A stretch of DNA of 64,000 bases from Phoronis australis (Eukaryota; Animalia; Phoronida), in NCBI GenBank assembly GCA_002633005.1, contig NMRA01000379.1:1-64000 (forward strand), in the 5' to 3' direction. The notes below the pieces were generated by a model. It saw only the letters and a list, made by a program, of their open reading frames with translations, did not search any database and was not told where the DNA came from. Both the position numbers and the translations under genes were made by a program. Shown piece after piece: positions 60,780 through 64,000 of this stretch. Every line of letters begins with the position of its first letter. Position 1 is the first letter of the stretch.

Positions 60780-62720
60780 TATTTAACTCAACCCACTACT
60801 TATATTTCGTAGAAAATAAATCTGAAACTAAATAAGGCGATCCAGATCTTCCCAAGGATACTATTGTTTCACGAAATGTAGTATTAAATAGGTAAATAAA
60901 ACAACAAGAATGGATCAACTGAAATTTTCGGATATAATAACGTCCTTTGTCAACTAAGTCACCTCATAATAATTGCTCAGTCATCTAATTATAATTAAAT
61001 CATTACATAACATATTGCACAAGCTCAAATATGACCACTTCAGACTAGTTTATAAACAAACAATTACTTCTAACCTGCAAAGCGTCTTGAATGAATTTCG
61101 CTAGACTTTTCAAGTTATTTTGGAATATTTGAGACAGAGCAGAATCCCGTATAAAGTATGGTTGAATGTGAGTATATTTTTCACAATCAAAAATGAAATG
61201 AACTTCATCTTCAATTCAGTTTTTAATCCGTTCATTCACTGGAATTCCGAAGTACCGCCCCACCTCAACCTCTAATGGTAGAATACCTGCTCTCAATCGA
61301 GCTATGACGGACCTCTGAGACACCGGCAGACGTAAATACTCTTCTACACAATAGTCATTCTTAACCGATCTATATAAGTACAGTTTTGGTTTCTCAGTGA
61401 TTATTTTTAACCAGTTTAACTCTTCTAACTGGAACCTGAATGTTTTGAAGTTTTCGAGAGACACAATTTGTTTGTTCCTGAAATTTTCTAAAAAGTCGCA
61501 CTTCTCCATAATTTTAAATATTGAACTTGACCAATTACAGGAGTTCCGATGTTTAAGGTCCCATAAAAAGACTTTTTTGCAATTCTGCTTTCATCCATTA
61601 GAACTAAACGATTCCAGAGCCTTAGCATATTTTCATGCTGTTTGTAGTGTGAATTTGGCCAACCCGAGTCGCCATAAAGTACTGCATTGGCAGCATACTT
61701 ATGGACCCCTAAAAATATACGTAGTGCTCTCGCTCTGATCATTTCGCATTTGGAGTATTGAGAATATCCCCAGATTCGTATTCAAGAATTGAAGCGACGG
61801 ACATTTCAAAACATTTACTGTAACTGTTGAAACCCATGTTACCAATATGTTTGTATTTGTTCACCAGGGCTCCCAACGCTCTGGAGGCGGAGTCTGCCAG
61901 TACCTCAGCTGTCAAACTGAAATCCATAAACTCATTCAGAGATACACCCAGATACTTATAGCATTCTCTTAAATTCACAATGCGATCGCATAAAATGAAT
62001 TCAAAACTCGTTCTTACATGTCTCCTCTTGCGAAAATGAACCACACCAGTCTTGGAAAAATTTACAGACATTTGCCACCTTGCACACCATTTACTCAATA
62101 TGTTCAGTAAATCCCGTAAATAGGTTTCATTACCCGAAAAAATCACAATGTCATCTGCGTACAACAGACATGATAAATTACATCCATCAAAATTGATACC
62201 CTTGCTACAACTGTTCAAATCATTAATCAAATCATTTATGAAAATTGAAAACAATGTAGGCGACAATGGATCCCCCTGCCTGACCCCTCTTTGTACTGGA
62301 AACCAGTTGGTATAACTTGACTGACCTAATTGAACACAGGCTTCTGTCTGCGCATACGACGATTTTACTGAGTGATAGAATTTTCCAACCACTCCTAAAT
62401 CAATTAATTTTTTCAAAAAAAAAATTCTATCTGGATTGTCAAAAGCCCGTTCCATATCGACGAACATTGCAAACGTTGGTCTATTACAAGCTATCCTATT
62501 TCTAAGAATAGACGTGAGTGTAAACACGTGGTCAAGACAAGACCTCCCCTGTCGAAAACCATTTTGTTCTTCATTCAGTTTGTGTTCGACATTCAGAAAC
62601 TCGGTTAATCTCCTGTTTAGCACATTACAAAACACTTTGCTCACGGTGGAGAGCAGGCTTATGCCTCTATAGTTGGACGGTAAATTCAAATCTCTATCTG
62701 ATCCTTTCGGTAATTCATGT
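60780..62720 (-). mobile_element. 5'-truncated, frameshifted non-LTR retrotransposon (RT domain; RTE-X/L2-like)
   Basis: NYRGISLLS, EEQNGFRQGRSC.DH, FVD..RAFD, GVRQGDPLSPTLF, LLYADDIV, YKYLGV; C-terminus KPKL..Y, ARLRAG.LPLEVEVGRY, IEDEVHFIFDC spread over several frames; no endonuclease; 3' end approximate. Confidence 0.92.
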
Positions 62721-63122
62721 AATTCCACTATATTTCTCTTAAAGTTTTGTTGGTTTGAGCTTTATCATTAGATGACTGGCTTTCCAAAGATTGCAGTTTG
62801 TATGATAACCATTGTTAATTCGATGCAAATACACATTCCCCCGAACCCCGCTCTATTTTTCATCTCTGGAAAAGGAGCATCGCCACAACACGATCAATGT
62901 TCATCATGGGATGTAAATCCCTGTCTTGAACCAGCGCCATCTATAGCTTAATCCTGCTCGACTTGCATGTTTAGAACTTATGCTCGTGATTGCCAAAGAT
63001 CAGGGATAGAGTGTAATTCAGCAGCGAGTCGCACAACTACATGTGTTCTTTCCCATGAGATTACTATAGTATACCGGTATCTTAAGGTAAACACGAGTGA
63101 CCACACAACAGCAAACTGAGAC

Positions 63123-63177
63123 ATGGCCGCACTAACAGCTTTATTTTGCCTTTTGGTTGCGAGCACTCTGCAAGCAG
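63123..63177 (+). CDS. Probable first coding exon (signal peptide) of a secreted or membrane protein continuing to the right
   Basis: gacATGG context, MAALTALFCLLVASTLQA followed by the phase-1 donor CAG|gtgaga; no second exon identified in the window. Confidence 0.5.
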
Positions 63178-64000
63178 GTGAGAGTGAATTGTAGTGAAAG
63201 ATAAAGTTTCATTCCACGGATTGCTCAACGTTTTGTGAGGATGTTGGCGACCGAGTTAACGTGTCGTAATGGGTAGGCCTACCATCAAGAACGTTTTGAA
63301 CTGTTATAGTTGTAAAGACACAGACGAGTATAGGTGTTGCACGAAATCTCTTTGAACATCCTCTAGAATATGCCCGTAATGCATCTTTACGGTGTTAGTC
63401 TTGTGACAAGTGTAGCGTAATGCGTTTCTGAAATGTCCCCGCGCACATCCCGAGAGCATGTGAGCCTAACTTGGATGTTATTTATAGTTGTACAATATAT
63501 GCACTATAACTGATTTTAATTGCGGTATAAACCTCTACATGCTTTCTGAATCCTGCTTCATTGTGTGCTCCAGATATTTGAAAATGTAAAGTTTTAATTA
63601 AAATTCAATTATATTGATATTGTAGATGCTGACTAGTTTTCTGTTTTTCTCAAACTCTATCTAATCTCAGTCCACGTGGCTTCAATTTCATATCCGTCCG
63701 TTGTGCATATGAACTTACCCAAAAAGCGAATCATTGCATTTGGTTATAACAATATGAGATGTATAATATTGACACCCAAGTGCAAAAAAGCAAACGAATG
63801 AACGAGCAAACACATAAACCTACAAACATTCTACAGTGTATAACCATGAGGCTGCTGAGTACATGAAACTCACATTCAAGTTCAATTTTATGTGAGCGTG
63901 GTACACTACCAATCGAAGGTATTCTAAATGAATTTGCGGGAAGCATCAAGAAGAAACGAATCACGTTAATAATAAAGTAATGTGGTGGCGCCATCTATAG

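Overview
Draft-assembly DNA from an animal genome. It is AT-rich with GT-AG introns; the gene and repeat content suggests a marine invertebrate, possibly a lophotrochozoan (inference only). Genes: (1) the 5' part of a TRAF6-like RING/zinc-finger gene on the minus strand, with three coding exons here and the rest running off the left edge; (2) a complete SCYL2 (CVAK104) pseudokinase gene on the plus strand, 17 coding exons, 21843-41318, about 940 aa, head-to-head with the TRAF gene across a short ETS/CRE-containing promoter near 15 kb; (3) a single-coding-exon FMRFamide/sex-peptide-receptor-like class A GPCR on the minus strand; (4) a probable signal-peptide first exon near the right edge. The rest is introns and intergenic DNA with minisatellites, MITEs, tRNA-derived SINE heads, Helentron-like elements, a Penelope GIY-YIG remnant, three non-LTR retrotransposon remnants, a decayed THAP domain, an 803-bp gap and two probable haplotype false duplications at single-N joins. 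I found no CRISPR array, rRNA or intact tRNA, and no clearly new multi-gene system. The most unusual signals are: tandem repeats that copy SCYL2 5' splice sites at three different exons (one gives 33 identical donors); a TSD-flanked LINE whose 5' end is a 70-bp fold-back inverted duplication; and an intronic element carrying five CTCF-like motifs. All coordinates and family calls were made by eye, with no database search.
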